A stretch of DNA of 64,000 nucleotides from an uncultured Lentimicrobiaceae bacterium (GTDB taxonomy: Bacteria; Bacteroidota; Bacteroidia; Bacteroidales; JAGNHN01). Position 1 is the stretch's first letter. The number at the start of each line of letters is the position of its first letter. The position numbers and the translations under genes are program-made. The notes under the pieces were generated by a model. It searched no databases. It saw only the letters and a program-made list of their open reading frames with translations, and had not been told where the DNA came from. Positions 8,348 through 16,796 of this stretch are shown piece by piece. Where the stretch lies: assembly GCA_964590645.1 (NCBI GenBank), contig CAZPYJ010000018.1:9753-73752 (forward strand), written 5' to 3'.

Positions 8348-9322
8348 ATGAGCAACCTTACAGAAATAAGCCGGCCCATTCAGGGTCATCTGCAGGATTT
8401 TGACCGGCATTTCCGGGAATCTATGCGTACCCCTGTGCCTTTGCTCACCAAGATCACCCGCTATATCATCAAGCGAAAGGGAAAGCAAATACGGCCTTTG
8501 TTTGTATTTCTTTCCGCCGGCCTCTGCGGTAACATCAATGAATCCACACACCGGGCCGCAGCTTTGGTAGAACTGCTGCATACCGCCACCCTGGTACACG
8601 ATGATGTGGTGGATGATTCCTTTGAACGCCGGGGCTTTTTTTCCATCAATGCATTGTGGAAAAACAAGATTGCCGTGCTGGTGGGCGACTTCCTGCTTTC
8701 CCGGGGGCTTCTGCTGGCCGTAGATCATAAGGAGTATGATCTGCTTCGCATCGTTTCGGATGCTACCCGTGAGATGAGTGAAGGGGAGTTGCTGCAGATC
8801 GAAAAGGCCCGGAGTCTGGATATTGACGAAGCGACCTATTATGAGATCATCCGAAAAAAGACCGCTTCCCTGATTGCCTCCTGCTGTGCCAGCGGGGCGC
8901 GCTCTGTAAGCAGCGACCCTGTGAAAATATCCAAAATGAAAGCCTTCGGAGAAAAGGTGGGAATGGCATTTCAAATTAAAGATGACCTGCTCGATTTCAG
9001 CGACAGCCGCATTACGGGCAAACCCAATGGGGTGGACATCAAAGAAAAGAAGATGACCCTTCCACTGATCTGGTTCCTGAATCACCAGGCAGAAGGGGAA
9101 AGGAAAAAGATCATCCGCTTTATTCGCAAGCATAGCGAGAAAAGATTGAAAACCAGGAACCTGGTGAAACAGATCAGGAAAAGTGGAGGGATAGAATACA
9201 CCCACACCCAGATGATCCGCTACCGGGATGAGGCCATTGCCATCCTGCAGGATTTTCCCGACGGACCGGAAAAAACAGGATTAATACAACTCTTATATTT
9301 CACCACCGAACGAAAACACTAA
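8348..9322 (+). CDS. Polyprenyl diphosphate synthase (trans-isoprenyl, IspB-like)
   Basis: Two Asp-rich motifs (LVHDDVVDDS and FQIKDDLLD). The ATG at 8348 lies downstream of a -7 box at 8325. Confidence 0.85.
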   Translation: MSNLTEISRPIQGHLQDFDRHFRESMRTPVPLLTKITRYIIKRKGKQIRPLFVFLSAGLCGNINESTHRAAALVELLHTATLVHDDVVDDSFERRGFFSINALWKNKIAVLVGDFLLSRGLLLAVDHKEYDLLRIVSDATREMSEGELLQIEKARSLDIDEATYYEIIRKKTASLIASCCASGARSVSSDPVKISKMKAFGEKVGMAFQIKDDLLDFSDSRITGKPNGVDIKEKKMTLPLIWFLNHQAEGERKKIIRFIRKHSEKRLKTRNLVKQIRKSGGIEYTHTQMIRYRDEAIAILQDFPDGPEKTGLIQLLYFTTERKH

Positions 9323-9331
9323 GTCCGACCT

Positions 9332-10660
9332 ATGCAGAAGCATCCTCTCCTGCCAAACCCGGGCCTCGCTGCCCTTTGGATGATCCTCTTTTTTCTATGC
9401 CCGTCCCTGCAGGCTCAGGAGGTACTGAAATCATACTGGCCCGACAGCACCCTGCAAAGTGAAGGAAAGATGAAGGAAGGCCGTGAAGACGGAATGTGGC
9501 GCTATTATCATCCCAATGGGAAATTATGGTCAGAAGGGAAATATGAGCTGGGAGAGAAATGCGGGCGATGGACTTACTATTACGAGACCGCTACCAGGGA
9601 ACAGGAAGTAGATCTTGATCAGGGCAGTTTCAAAAGATGGCACCCCAATGGGCAGCTCGCTGAAGAGGGAAAGCTGAAGGAGGGCGTCAGGGAAGGACGC
9701 TGGGAATCGTGGTATCCCGACGGAAAATTGAAAGAGGTACTGCATTACCGGGCGGGCAGGAAGAACGGAGCGATTACAGAGTATCACCCGACGGGCGAAA
9801 AAGCACTGGAAGGCTTTTATGTGGACGACAGCCTGGATGGCGAAGCAAAATGGTATTATCCGGACGGCAAGCTTGAAATGGAAGGCTGGCTCAGGCAAGG
9901 ACTGCAAGACAGCAATTGGGTATTTTATCATCCCACTGGCCGCATAGGCAGTACCGGGTCTTTCCGAAAGGGCAAACAGCACGGGCTATGGCAGTTTTTT
10001 TATGAAACCGGTGAACTCTGGCGCGAGGGCCATTACGAAGCGGGTAAGCGCAGCGGTGTATGGGTCACCTGGTATGAGTCTGGAAAAAAAGACCGGGAGG
10101 GGCCTTTTCAGGATGACAAGGAGCACGGCAAATGGATGAGCTGGTTCGAAAATGGTCAGATCAGGGACAGGGGCTTCTTCGCTGAAGGAGAGATGGACCA
10201 GCTCTGGGAAGGATGGTACGAAAGTGGAAAACGGGAATACAGCATCCAATATGAGCAGGGAATCAGGGAAGGCAAAGCGCTCTGGTGGTACGAAAATGGA
10301 AACAAGAAATCGGAAGGCTTTTTCAGCAGTGGCTTAAAGCAGGGGATGTGGACTGAATGGTATGAGAGCGGAATGATGAAGGAGCGCGGAAACTATGCCG
10401 GAGGAGTACAGGATGGAAGGTGGACCTTTTACGACAGCAAGGGCATATTGCTCCGCGAACAGGCTTTCAGGGAAGGAAAACCGGAGGGGTATTGGGCAGA
10501 ATACTATGCCAATGGGAGAAAAAAAGCGGAGGGTGCCTTCAATGAAGGGAGAAAAGAAGGCCGCTGGACATACTGGGACGACAAGGGGAATGTGTTGAAA
10601 AGCGAAGTATTCAAATTTGGACGGCGTGTGCCTGTAGTGGAAAAGCCGAACCGGCAGTGA
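9332..10660 (+). CDS. Secreted MORN-like / YwqK-family repeat protein
   Basis: Signal peptide, then more than 15 tandem ~23-aa repeats of the type G.W..YY.NGK....G.Y..GK..G.W. Confidence 0.65.
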   Translation: MQKHPLLPNPGLAALWMILFFLCPSLQAQEVLKSYWPDSTLQSEGKMKEGREDGMWRYYHPNGKLWSEGKYELGEKCGRWTYYYETATREQEVDLDQGSFKRWHPNGQLAEEGKLKEGVREGRWESWYPDGKLKEVLHYRAGRKNGAITEYHPTGEKALEGFYVDDSLDGEAKWYYPDGKLEMEGWLRQGLQDSNWVFYHPTGRIGSTGSFRKGKQHGLWQFFYETGELWREGHYEAGKRSGVWVTWYESGKKDREGPFQDDKEHGKWMSWFENGQIRDRGFFAEGEMDQLWEGWYESGKREYSIQYEQGIREGKALWWYENGNKKSEGFFSSGLKQGMWTEWYESGMMKERGNYAGGVQDGRWTFYDSKGILLREQAFREGKPEGYWAEYYANGRKKAEGAFNEGRKEGRWTYWDDKGNVLKSEVFKFGRRVPVVEKPNRQ

Positions 10661-11707
10661 TTATTCGGCTTTTTGCAGGGTGAAAGCAAAGGTCGTACCA
10701 ACCCCCAGTGTACTTCTCACATTGATGGTCTGTTTGTGGGCTTCGATGATGTGCTTGACAATAGCCAGGCCCAATCCCGAGCCTCCTTTCTCCGAAGTCC
10801 GGGCCTTGTCGGTACGGTAAAAACGTTCAAAAAGACGCGGCAGATCTTCCCGCGATATCCCGTCTCCGTTGTCGGTCACCTCTACCAGCAAATGATCATC
10901 CATATCGAAAAAGCTGATACTGGTGCTACCCCTTTTGTTTCCATACACAATGGAGTTGTCGAGCAGATTGGTCAGCACCTGACGGATGCGGTTCTTGTCG
11001 GCCCTCACCCAAACGGGACGTTCGTATGGTTTGGCCAGCGAAAGGCTGGTGCGCCGGCTCTTGGCCTTGTCGCTGAGGTAATCGATCACTTCCCTGCTCA
11101 GGCTCACAATATCCACCCGCTCAATATTCAGCTTTAACTGCCCGGACTCAAGCTTGGAGATCATCTCCAGATCCTGGACGATGGCGATCATCCTTTCAAT
11201 GCTCTTCTCCGTCTTCAGCAAATAATCCCGGTTGATGCTCGGGTCTTCCAGTGCCCCGTCAAGCAGGGTGAGTACGTAGCCCTGTATGTTGAAGATGGGC
11301 GTTTTGAGCTCGTGAGAAATATTGCCGATATATTCCCTGCGGTATGCTTCCAGCCGCCGTAAAGCATCAATCTCCTCTTTCTTTTCCTGCTCCCATTCCC
11401 GCACGTGCTCATTCACCCGCTCAATCATATCCTGGCGCCGCTCTTTTTCACTCCGCCCCTTGATCTCAGAACTGCGGATGTTCAGAATGGTTTTGTAGAT
11501 AGGGCGAATCTTCTCGTAGATGTATTTTTCCAGAATGAAACGGGCCAGATAATAGATAAAGAAAAAAAGCAGCACGGCACTGCCAAGCAGGATGTACACA
11601 TTAAAAGCCGTGTGAAACAGGGCCGCCAGCATTGAAATCACCACATAAAAACCGGTGATGTACAAGGCCGACCAAAATGCGAGGTTGCGGGGATCTGAGT
11701 AGTGCAT
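10661..11707 (-). CDS. Sensor histidine kinase
   Basis: Two N-terminal TM helices, a HisKA H-box (ISHELKTPIF) and HATPase boxes (LTNLLDNSIVYG, DNGDGI, GGSGLGLAIV). Confidence 0.85.
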   Translation of the reverse strand: MHYSDPRNLAFWSALYITGFYVVISMLAALFHTAFNVYILLGSAVLLFFFIYYLARFILEKYIYEKIRPIYKTILNIRSSEIKGRSEKERRQDMIERVNEHVREWEQEKKEEIDALRRLEAYRREYIGNISHELKTPIFNIQGYVLTLLDGALEDPSINRDYLLKTEKSIERMIAIVQDLEMISKLESGQLKLNIERVDIVSLSREVIDYLSDKAKSRRTSLSLAKPYERPVWVRADKNRIRQVLTNLLDNSIVYGNKRGSTSISFFDMDDHLLVEVTDNGDGISREDLPRLFERFYRTDKARTSEKGGSGLGLAIVKHIIEAHKQTINVRSTLGVGTTFAFTLQKAE

Positions 11708-11727
11708 ATTGTTTCCTGATGCCGGGC

Positions 11728-12411
11728 TCAGCCTTCAAATTTATAGCCAACCCCTTTGACCGTTTTGATGGTATCTATTTCCAGTTTCTCCCGGATCTTG
11801 CGGATGTGTACATCGATGGTGCGGTCCCCCACGATCACATTGTTGCCCCATACCTGGGCGAAAATCTCATCGCGGCTGAACACCTTGTCGGGGCGCGAAG
11901 TAAGCAGCAAAAGCAATTGAAACTCTTTCTTAGGCAGAATAATCTCTTTGTCTCCTTTGACGATGAGATAACGGTCCTTATCGATGGTAAAATCCTTGAA
12001 TTCCAGTATGCTCTCCTTCTCAACCTCATCTGAATACCTTCTGAGCAAAGCTTTGATGCGACTGACCAGCACTTTGGGTTTGACCGGTTTGGTTACATAA
12101 TCATCGGCTCCGGCATCGAAACCTGCAATCTGGGAATAGTCTTCTCCCCGGGCCGTCAGAAAGAGGATGAGTACATTGGCCAGTTCGGGCATTTGTTTGA
12201 TCTCAGTGCAGGTTTCAATCCCGTCCATCCTGGGCATCATTACATCCAGAATGATGAGATGGGGATTGAATTTCTGGGCTTTCTTTATGCCTTCCTTGCC
12301 GTTGGAGGCCGTAGCAAGCTGAAAGCCTTCCTTTTTGAGGTTGTAGCCGATAAACTCCAACACATCCGGTTCGTCATCCACCAGCAGTATCCTGTAATGC
12401 TCGTTTTCCAT
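11728..12411 (-). CDS. Response regulator, OmpR/PhoB family
   Basis: Receiver domain with LLVDDEPD and LIILDVMMP. Winged-helix C-terminus ends in ..TVKGVGYKFEG. Confidence 0.9.
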   Translation of the reverse strand: MENEHYRILLVDDEPDVLEFIGYNLKKEGFQLATASNGKEGIKKAQKFNPHLIILDVMMPRMDGIETCTEIKQMPELANVLILFLTARGEDYSQIAGFDAGADDYVTKPVKPKVLVSRIKALLRRYSDEVEKESILEFKDFTIDKDRYLIVKGDKEIILPKKEFQLLLLLTSRPDKVFSRDEIFAQVWGNNVIVGDRTIDVHIRKIREKLEIDTIKTVKGVGYKFEG

Positions 12412-12463
12412 TGTTTTTGAATACGAATATAACCGGTGTTCAAACCGGTCTGGTTTATACCTG

Positions 12464-12471
12464 CAAAAGTA
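12464..12471 (-). promoter_or_regulatory. -7 box (TActTTTG) for the response-regulator/kinase operon
   Basis: caaaagta on the plus strand, 52 nt upstream of the ATG at 12411. Confidence 0.4.
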
Positions 12472-12621
12472 GCGCTTAAAGATAGTGTAATGATTTCATA
12501 ATGTTGATTTAAGGATAATTTCACATTGGGATATGCCAAAGCAAAGTTCAGCGTATCCATTTTGCAGGACAGGTTTAAGAAGCCGGAAAAGAAGGTTTGA
12601 CCCGGGGAGCTACCGATGTCC

Positions 12622-13638
12622 TTATAAGGCGGTAAACTGGCGGAGAAATCGCAGGTCGTTCTCAAAGAAAAGCCGGAGGTCGTTCACATTGTACTTCACC
12701 AGGGTAATCCTCTCAATGCCCATTCCGAAGGCATATCCGGAGTAGATTTCAGGATCGATATCACAGGCTTTCAACACATTGGGATCCACCATACCACAAC
12801 CGAGGATTTCGACCCAGCCGGTATATTTACAAATTCGGCAACCTTTTCCTTTGCAGGAGCAGGATATATCCATTTCTGCCGAAGGCTCGGTAAAGGGGAA
12901 ATAGGATGGGCGAAGCCTGATTTGTGTTTCCTCCCCGAACATTTCCCGGGCAAAATAGAGCAGGGTTTGCCGCAGGTCGGCAAAAGATACCCCTCTGTCA
13001 ATGTACAGGCCTTCCACCTGGTGAAAGATTACGTGGGCGCGGGCGCTGATGGCTTCGTTGCGGAAGACCCTGCCCGGACTGATGGTACGGATGGGTGGCG
13101 GCTGTTGCTGCATCACGCGCACCTGAACAGAAGAGGTATGGGTTCGGAGCAGAATATCCGGATTGTTGTGGATAAAAAAAGTATCCTGCATATCGCGGGC
13201 CGGATGCTCGGGCGGAAAATTGAGGGCGGAAAAGTTATGCCAGTCGTCTTCAATCTCAGGTCCTTCCGAAACCACAAACCCCAGGCGGGAGAAGATATCG
13301 TCGATCTGCTTGCGGACAATAGAGAGGGGATGACGGCTTCCGATGGGAGCCTGCACTGCAGGGCGGCTCAGGTCCGTGGTAAGCTCCCCGGCTGGCGTAT
13401 TGCTTTCAGCCAGAAGCTTCAGGCTGTCCATCTTTTCCCGGGCGGCCTCTTTGAGCTGGTTCAGCAGCTGTCCGATTTCACGTCTTTCCTCCGGTTCTAC
13501 CGATTTAAAATCTCCGAAAAGCTGCTGAAGGCGCCCTTTGCGCGACATATAAGTCAACCGAAACTGTTCGAGCGCTTCTGATCCCTTCCCTTCATAAGCC
13601 TGTATCTCATTGAGGCAGGCCGCAATCTTTTCCTTCAT
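12622..13638 (-). CDS. pheS: Phenylalanine--tRNA ligase alpha subunit
   Basis: Class II motifs FPPEHPARDMQDTF, GRVFRNE and FGMGIERI. Confidence 0.95.
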   Translation of the reverse strand: MKEKIAACLNEIQAYEGKGSEALEQFRLTYMSRKGRLQQLFGDFKSVEPEERREIGQLLNQLKEAAREKMDSLKLLAESNTPAGELTTDLSRPAVQAPIGSRHPLSIVRKQIDDIFSRLGFVVSEGPEIEDDWHNFSALNFPPEHPARDMQDTFFIHNNPDILLRTHTSSVQVRVMQQQPPPIRTISPGRVFRNEAISARAHVIFHQVEGLYIDRGVSFADLRQTLLYFAREMFGEETQIRLRPSYFPFTEPSAEMDISCSCKGKGCRICKYTGWVEILGCGMVDPNVLKACDIDPEIYSGYAFGMGIERITLVKYNVNDLRLFFENDLRFLRQFTAL

Positions 13639-13646
13639 CCCCTGGC

Positions 13647-14291
13647 TTATTCCTTGACGATCTTCATCGTCATTTTAATGTCTTTCAGAGGCTTATTGGC
13701 CCCTCCCGTTTGTACCCCGGCGATGTCATCCACCACGTCCATTCCGCTCAGGACCTCACCGAAAATGGTATAATCTCCATCCAGATGGGGTGCTCCGCCT
13801 TCTTCCACATAGGCCTTTTTCTGGGCGTCGTTCCAACTCTTGTTGCTACGGGATGCAAAGGCATCCAGCTCAGCCCCGCTGAACTTTCGTCCGTCCACAA
13901 TATAAAATTGTGATCCCGATGATGCTTTTTTGGGATTGATCTGGTCCGGCATCCGGGCGGCACACAGGCTTCCTCTTTTATGGAAATACTGGGGAAGGAT
14001 TTCTGCGGGTACCGTATAACCGGGGTCTTCCGTTCCGGTGGCACCCCCACCGCCCTGTATCATAAAGTTCTGGATCACCCGGTGAAAGATAGAGCCGTCG
14101 TAGTAGCCTTCTTTAACGAGTTTTACAAAATTGTCGCGGTGCAGCGGAGTCTCATCGTAAAGTGCGATCAGAATATCGCCCTTATCTGTGGAGATCATCA
14201 CCTGTACCCTGTCGTCGGATTGGGTTTGTGCATTCATATACGTGAATGGGATTAGACAGGTAAGCAGTAAAGTTGCAATGGTTTTTTTCAT
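13647..14291 (-). CDS. Peptidyl-prolyl cis-trans isomerase, cyclophilin type (secreted)
   Basis: Signal peptide plus the cyclophilin core FHRVIQNFMIQGGG and ..GSQFYIV. Confidence 0.9.
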   Translation of the reverse strand: MKKTIATLLLTCLIPFTYMNAQTQSDDRVQVMISTDKGDILIALYDETPLHRDNFVKLVKEGYYDGSIFHRVIQNFMIQGGGGATGTEDPGYTVPAEILPQYFHKRGSLCAARMPDQINPKKASSGSQFYIVDGRKFSGAELDAFASRSNKSWNDAQKKAYVEEGGAPHLDGDYTIFGEVLSGMDVVDDIAGVQTGGANKPLKDIKMTMKIVKE

Positions 14292-14310
14292 AACAATAGG
14301 GAAGAATTTC

Positions 14311-14318
14311 TATCTTTG
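14311..14318 (+). promoter_or_regulatory. -7 box (TAtcTTTG) for the lipoprotein gene at 14350
   Basis: Exact match, 31 nt upstream of the start. Confidence 0.45.
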
Positions 14319-14331
14319 AACGCTTAACGGG

Positions 14332-14339
14332 CAAAAGTA
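14332..14339 (-). promoter_or_regulatory. -7 box (TActTTTG) for the PPIase-pheS operon
   Basis: caaaagta on the plus strand, 40 nt upstream of the ATG at 14291. It is divergent from the box at 14311. Confidence 0.4.
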
Positions 14340-14349
14340 CAAAAATTAG

Positions 14350-14715
14350 ATGAGGACAATCCATCGTTTCTGGCACCTGCTGCTCCCAATGGCCTTTTTT
14401 GCCGCTATTTTTATTTTTCCTGCCTGCGAAGAAGAAGGCGGAGATATGGAAGCCGTCATTCGGGTGCGGTATCTTGGAGACACCGCCAGGGCGGTTCCCG
14501 GAGCCCTTGTGGTATTATCGAAGAATGATATCCTCGAGGACGGGCACACGGATGAAAAGGGCGAATTTTCACACGTCTTTCAGCTGGAAGCCATCCTGGA
14601 TGTGATTGCCACCAAAGATACAGGAGACACCACCCCCGTTCACCTGAGCGGTTCCTCCATCATTCGCCTTCAACCGGGCAAAACCGTTTACCGCACCGTC
14701 TACCTGGGCCAATAG
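14350..14715 (+). CDS. Hypothetical small lipoprotein (prealbumin/CarboxypepD_reg-like fold suspected)
   Basis: Signal peptide with lipobox (IFPAC). The pattern GALVVLSKND....GHTDEKGEFS resembles a carboxypeptidase-regulatory fold. A -7 box sits 31 nt upstream. Confidence 0.45.
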   Translation: MRTIHRFWHLLLPMAFFAAIFIFPACEEEGGDMEAVIRVRYLGDTARAVPGALVVLSKNDILEDGHTDEKGEFSHVFQLEAILDVIATKDTGDTTPVHLSGSSIIRLQPGKTVYRTVYLGQ

Positions 14716-14838
14716 TTGCCCATCAATGATCTGCATTGCCGCTTTGATCCCCCTGCGGCCGGAATGTCGCATTTTTCCAATTCCAGGCCCTGCCCTTGCC
14801 GCAATTTTGCCGGGTCAACCAATTAAACCTTTTGAAAA

Positions 14839-15198
14839 ATGAAAAAACTGATTTCCTGGGTAGAGATACCCGCCAACAACTTCGGGCGTGCCACGGCCTT
14901 TTACGAAAACCTGCTGCAACTTAAACTGGAGGTTTTTGAAAGTGAAACCGAGAAGATGGCCTGCTTTCCCGGTGGCGAAGGAGCCATCTCACAAGCACCC
15001 GGATTTGCTCCGGGCCAGGACGGCGTGATGGTCAGCTTCAATGTGAGCGATGAGATCCAAAGCAGCCTGCGAAGAGTGGAAGAACAGGGTGGAAAGGTAT
15101 TGATCCCAAAAACAAAGATCGAAGCAGAAGGCCGGGGGTACTTTGCTGTTTTCATTGACTGTGAAGGGAATAAGGTCGGACTCTACGGAGCGCACTGA
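14839..15198 (+). CDS. VOC (glyoxalase/bleomycin-resistance) family protein
   Basis: 119 aa. The WVEIPANNFGRATAFYENLL start and the GYFAVFIDCEGNKVGLY end are typical of the VOC fold. Confidence 0.7.
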   Translation: MKKLISWVEIPANNFGRATAFYENLLQLKLEVFESETEKMACFPGGEGAISQAPGFAPGQDGVMVSFNVSDEIQSSLRRVEEQGGKVLIPKTKIEAEGRGYFAVFIDCEGNKVGLYGAH

Positions 15199-15215
15199 TT
15201 TGTTCCGGAACAGAG

Positions 15216-15251
15216 GAGGCCGGGGAGGGTTCCCGGCCTCTTTCTTCTTTT
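15216..15251 (+). terminator. Intrinsic terminator after the VOC-family gene
   Basis: A 9-bp GC stem (gaggccggg/cccggcctc), a 7-nt loop, then tttcttctttt. Confidence 0.7.
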
Positions 15252-15260
15252 GCTATTCTG

Positions 15261-15268
15261 TATTTTTG
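15261..15268 (+). promoter_or_regulatory. -7 box (TAttTTTG) for the AraC-family gene
   Basis: Exact match, 17 nt before the ATG at 15286. Confidence 0.5.
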
Positions 15269-15285
15269 CACACCATATCTCCCCT

Positions 15286-16095
15286 ATGGCCTACCTGATT
15301 GCAAAACCTTCTCCCGCGCTGGCTCCTTATGTAAGGCACTACTGGGCTTTGGATCATTGTCATCAGGCAGGACAATGTCATACCCAACGCATTGTCCCCA
15401 GCGGATTGCCTGAGCTGATCTTTTACTTTTCCGGTCCTCCGGCCTGTACCCTGGAAAACCGGCGTATGCCTGCTTCGGCCGTTCTATCCGGGCAGACCGA
15501 ATCGTGGTACGAGCTGGTGATACGGGGAAGACTCTCCCTGTTTTCCATTCTCTTTGAGCCGGCGGGTTTATCGCGTTTTATCGATCTTCCCATCCGCGAG
15601 CTGTTAAACTGCAGCATCCCCCTGCGCTTTGTGCTGGCACAGCAGGCGGATGATCTGGAGGACAGGCTTTATGCTGCAGGTGATTTCGGGAAAAGGGTGG
15701 CGGTGGCAGAGCATTTCCTGATGGAACGCATTAAAAAGCGGGATGCTCCTTATGCCTGGAATCGCATCGGTTCCGGCCTGGCGCAAATCCGTCAGGAAGG
15801 GGGACTGGTTTCTGTGAACAGCCTGGCGGATAGGGCCTGTTACAGCCGGAAGCAATTTGAAAGGAAGTTCAGCGATTTTACCGGAGCCAGCCCCAAGCAA
15901 TTCCTGCGTATCATCCGCTTCCAGCACAGCATCCACACCAAAGCCCGCCATCCGGAGATGAGCCTGACCGCACTAAGCTACGCCTGCGGTTATTATGACC
16001 AGGCCCATATGGTGAATGAGTTTAAGCAGCTGAGTGGAATGACACCGGGGAACTTTTTTGCCAGCGGGGAACTGCTCTCCGACTACTTTGCCTGA
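15286..16095 (+). CDS. AraC-family transcriptional regulator
   Basis: C-terminal AraC helix-turn-helix ([48 protein letters not shown]). The ATG at 15286 is 18 nt after a -7 box. Confidence 0.8.
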   Translation: MAYLIAKPSPALAPYVRHYWALDHCHQAGQCHTQRIVPSGLPELIFYFSGPPACTLENRRMPASAVLSGQTESWYELVIRGRLSLFSILFEPAGLSRFIDLPIRELLNCSIPLRFVLAQQADDLEDRLYAAGDFGKRVAVAEHFLMERIKKRDAPYAWNRIGSGLAQIRQEGGLVSVNSLADRACYSRKQFERKFSDFTGASPKQFLRIIRFQHSIHTKARHPEMSLTALSYACGYYDQAHMVNEFKQLSGMTPGNFFASGELLSDYFA

Positions 16096-16679
16096 GCCCC
16101 TGCCTGCATTGCTTTATTGAAACAGCGGCGACATAAGGGTTCATAGCTTTCCTTCTCTCCCAGCATTACCAGCTCTTTTGCGGGCACAATACGGTGTGAG
16201 TAATGCGCCAGCTGCCCGCAACGCATACAAATGGCGTGCACCTTGGTAATATACTCGGCGGCGCTGAGCAATTGGGGCATAGGGCCAAAGGGTTTGCCCC
16301 GGAAGTCCATATCCAGCCCGGCAACGATTACCCGGATGCCTTTGTCGGCCAGGATCCGGCAAACCCCCGGAAGCTCGTCTCCGAAAAACTGTGCTTCATC
16401 AATGGCCACTACATCGGCATCCCCCACCATCAGCAGGATCTGGGAGGCATTCTCTACGGCGGTGGATGGAATGGCATTGGCATCGTGCGATACCACCTGG
16501 TCTTCCGCATAACGCTTATCCAGCAATGGCTTGAATATCTCTACCTTCTGCCGGGCAATGCTGGCCCGCTTCAAACGCCGGATCAGCTCCTCGGTTTTCC
16601 CCGAGAACATTGAGCCGCAAATGACTTCTATCCAGCCACCTCCGGCTGATTCCGTGATCTGTCTTTCCAGGAACTGCAT
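16083..16679 (-). CDS. tdk: Thymidine kinase
   Basis: P-loop [14 protein letters not shown] and a C-terminal zinc ribbon (CMRCG..CRRC). Trimmed to the ATG at 16679. The 3' end overlaps the AraC-family gene by 13 nt (convergent). Confidence 0.9.
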   Translation of the reverse strand: MQFLERQITESAGGGWIEVICGSMFSGKTEELIRRLKRASIARQKVEIFKPLLDKRYAEDQVVSHDANAIPSTAVENASQILLMVGDADVVAIDEAQFFGDELPGVCRILADKGIRVIVAGLDMDFRGKPFGPMPQLLSAAEYITKVHAICMRCGQLAHYSHRIVPAKELVMLGEKESYEPLCRRCFNKAMQAGAQAK

Positions 16680-16783
16680 TGAAACGGTAAAATTAGGGAA
16701 TTTGAAGCCAGCTTTACAAAGCAAATCTGCCTGGCAATAAAAGCCTGCAAAAGCAGTTTGCCGCATTTATTTTCAAGCCTTCG

Positions 16784-16791
16784 TACCTTTG
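16784..16791 (+). promoter_or_regulatory. -7 box (TAccTTTG) for the porZ-like gene
   Basis: Exact match, only 5 nt before the ATG at 16797. Confidence 0.45.
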
Positions 16792-16796
16792 TCGCT

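Noticed and set aside
10661-12411. The two-component pair as PhoR/PhoB controlling the alkaline phosphatase at 22874..24301.
   Set aside because: The genes are more than 10 kb apart with unrelated genes between them. I could not identify Pho-box-like direct repeats upstream of either. The family-level call (OmpR-type regulator plus kinase) is all the sequence supports.
16083-16095. Convergent 3' overlaps (AraC/tdk 13 nt, ispD/GT2 14 nt, ruvC/HIT 11 nt; zero-nt spacing at 10660/10661) as signs of frameshift or misassembly.
   Set aside because: Both partners in each pair are full-length with intact C-terminal motifs. Short convergent overlaps are normal in compact genomes.
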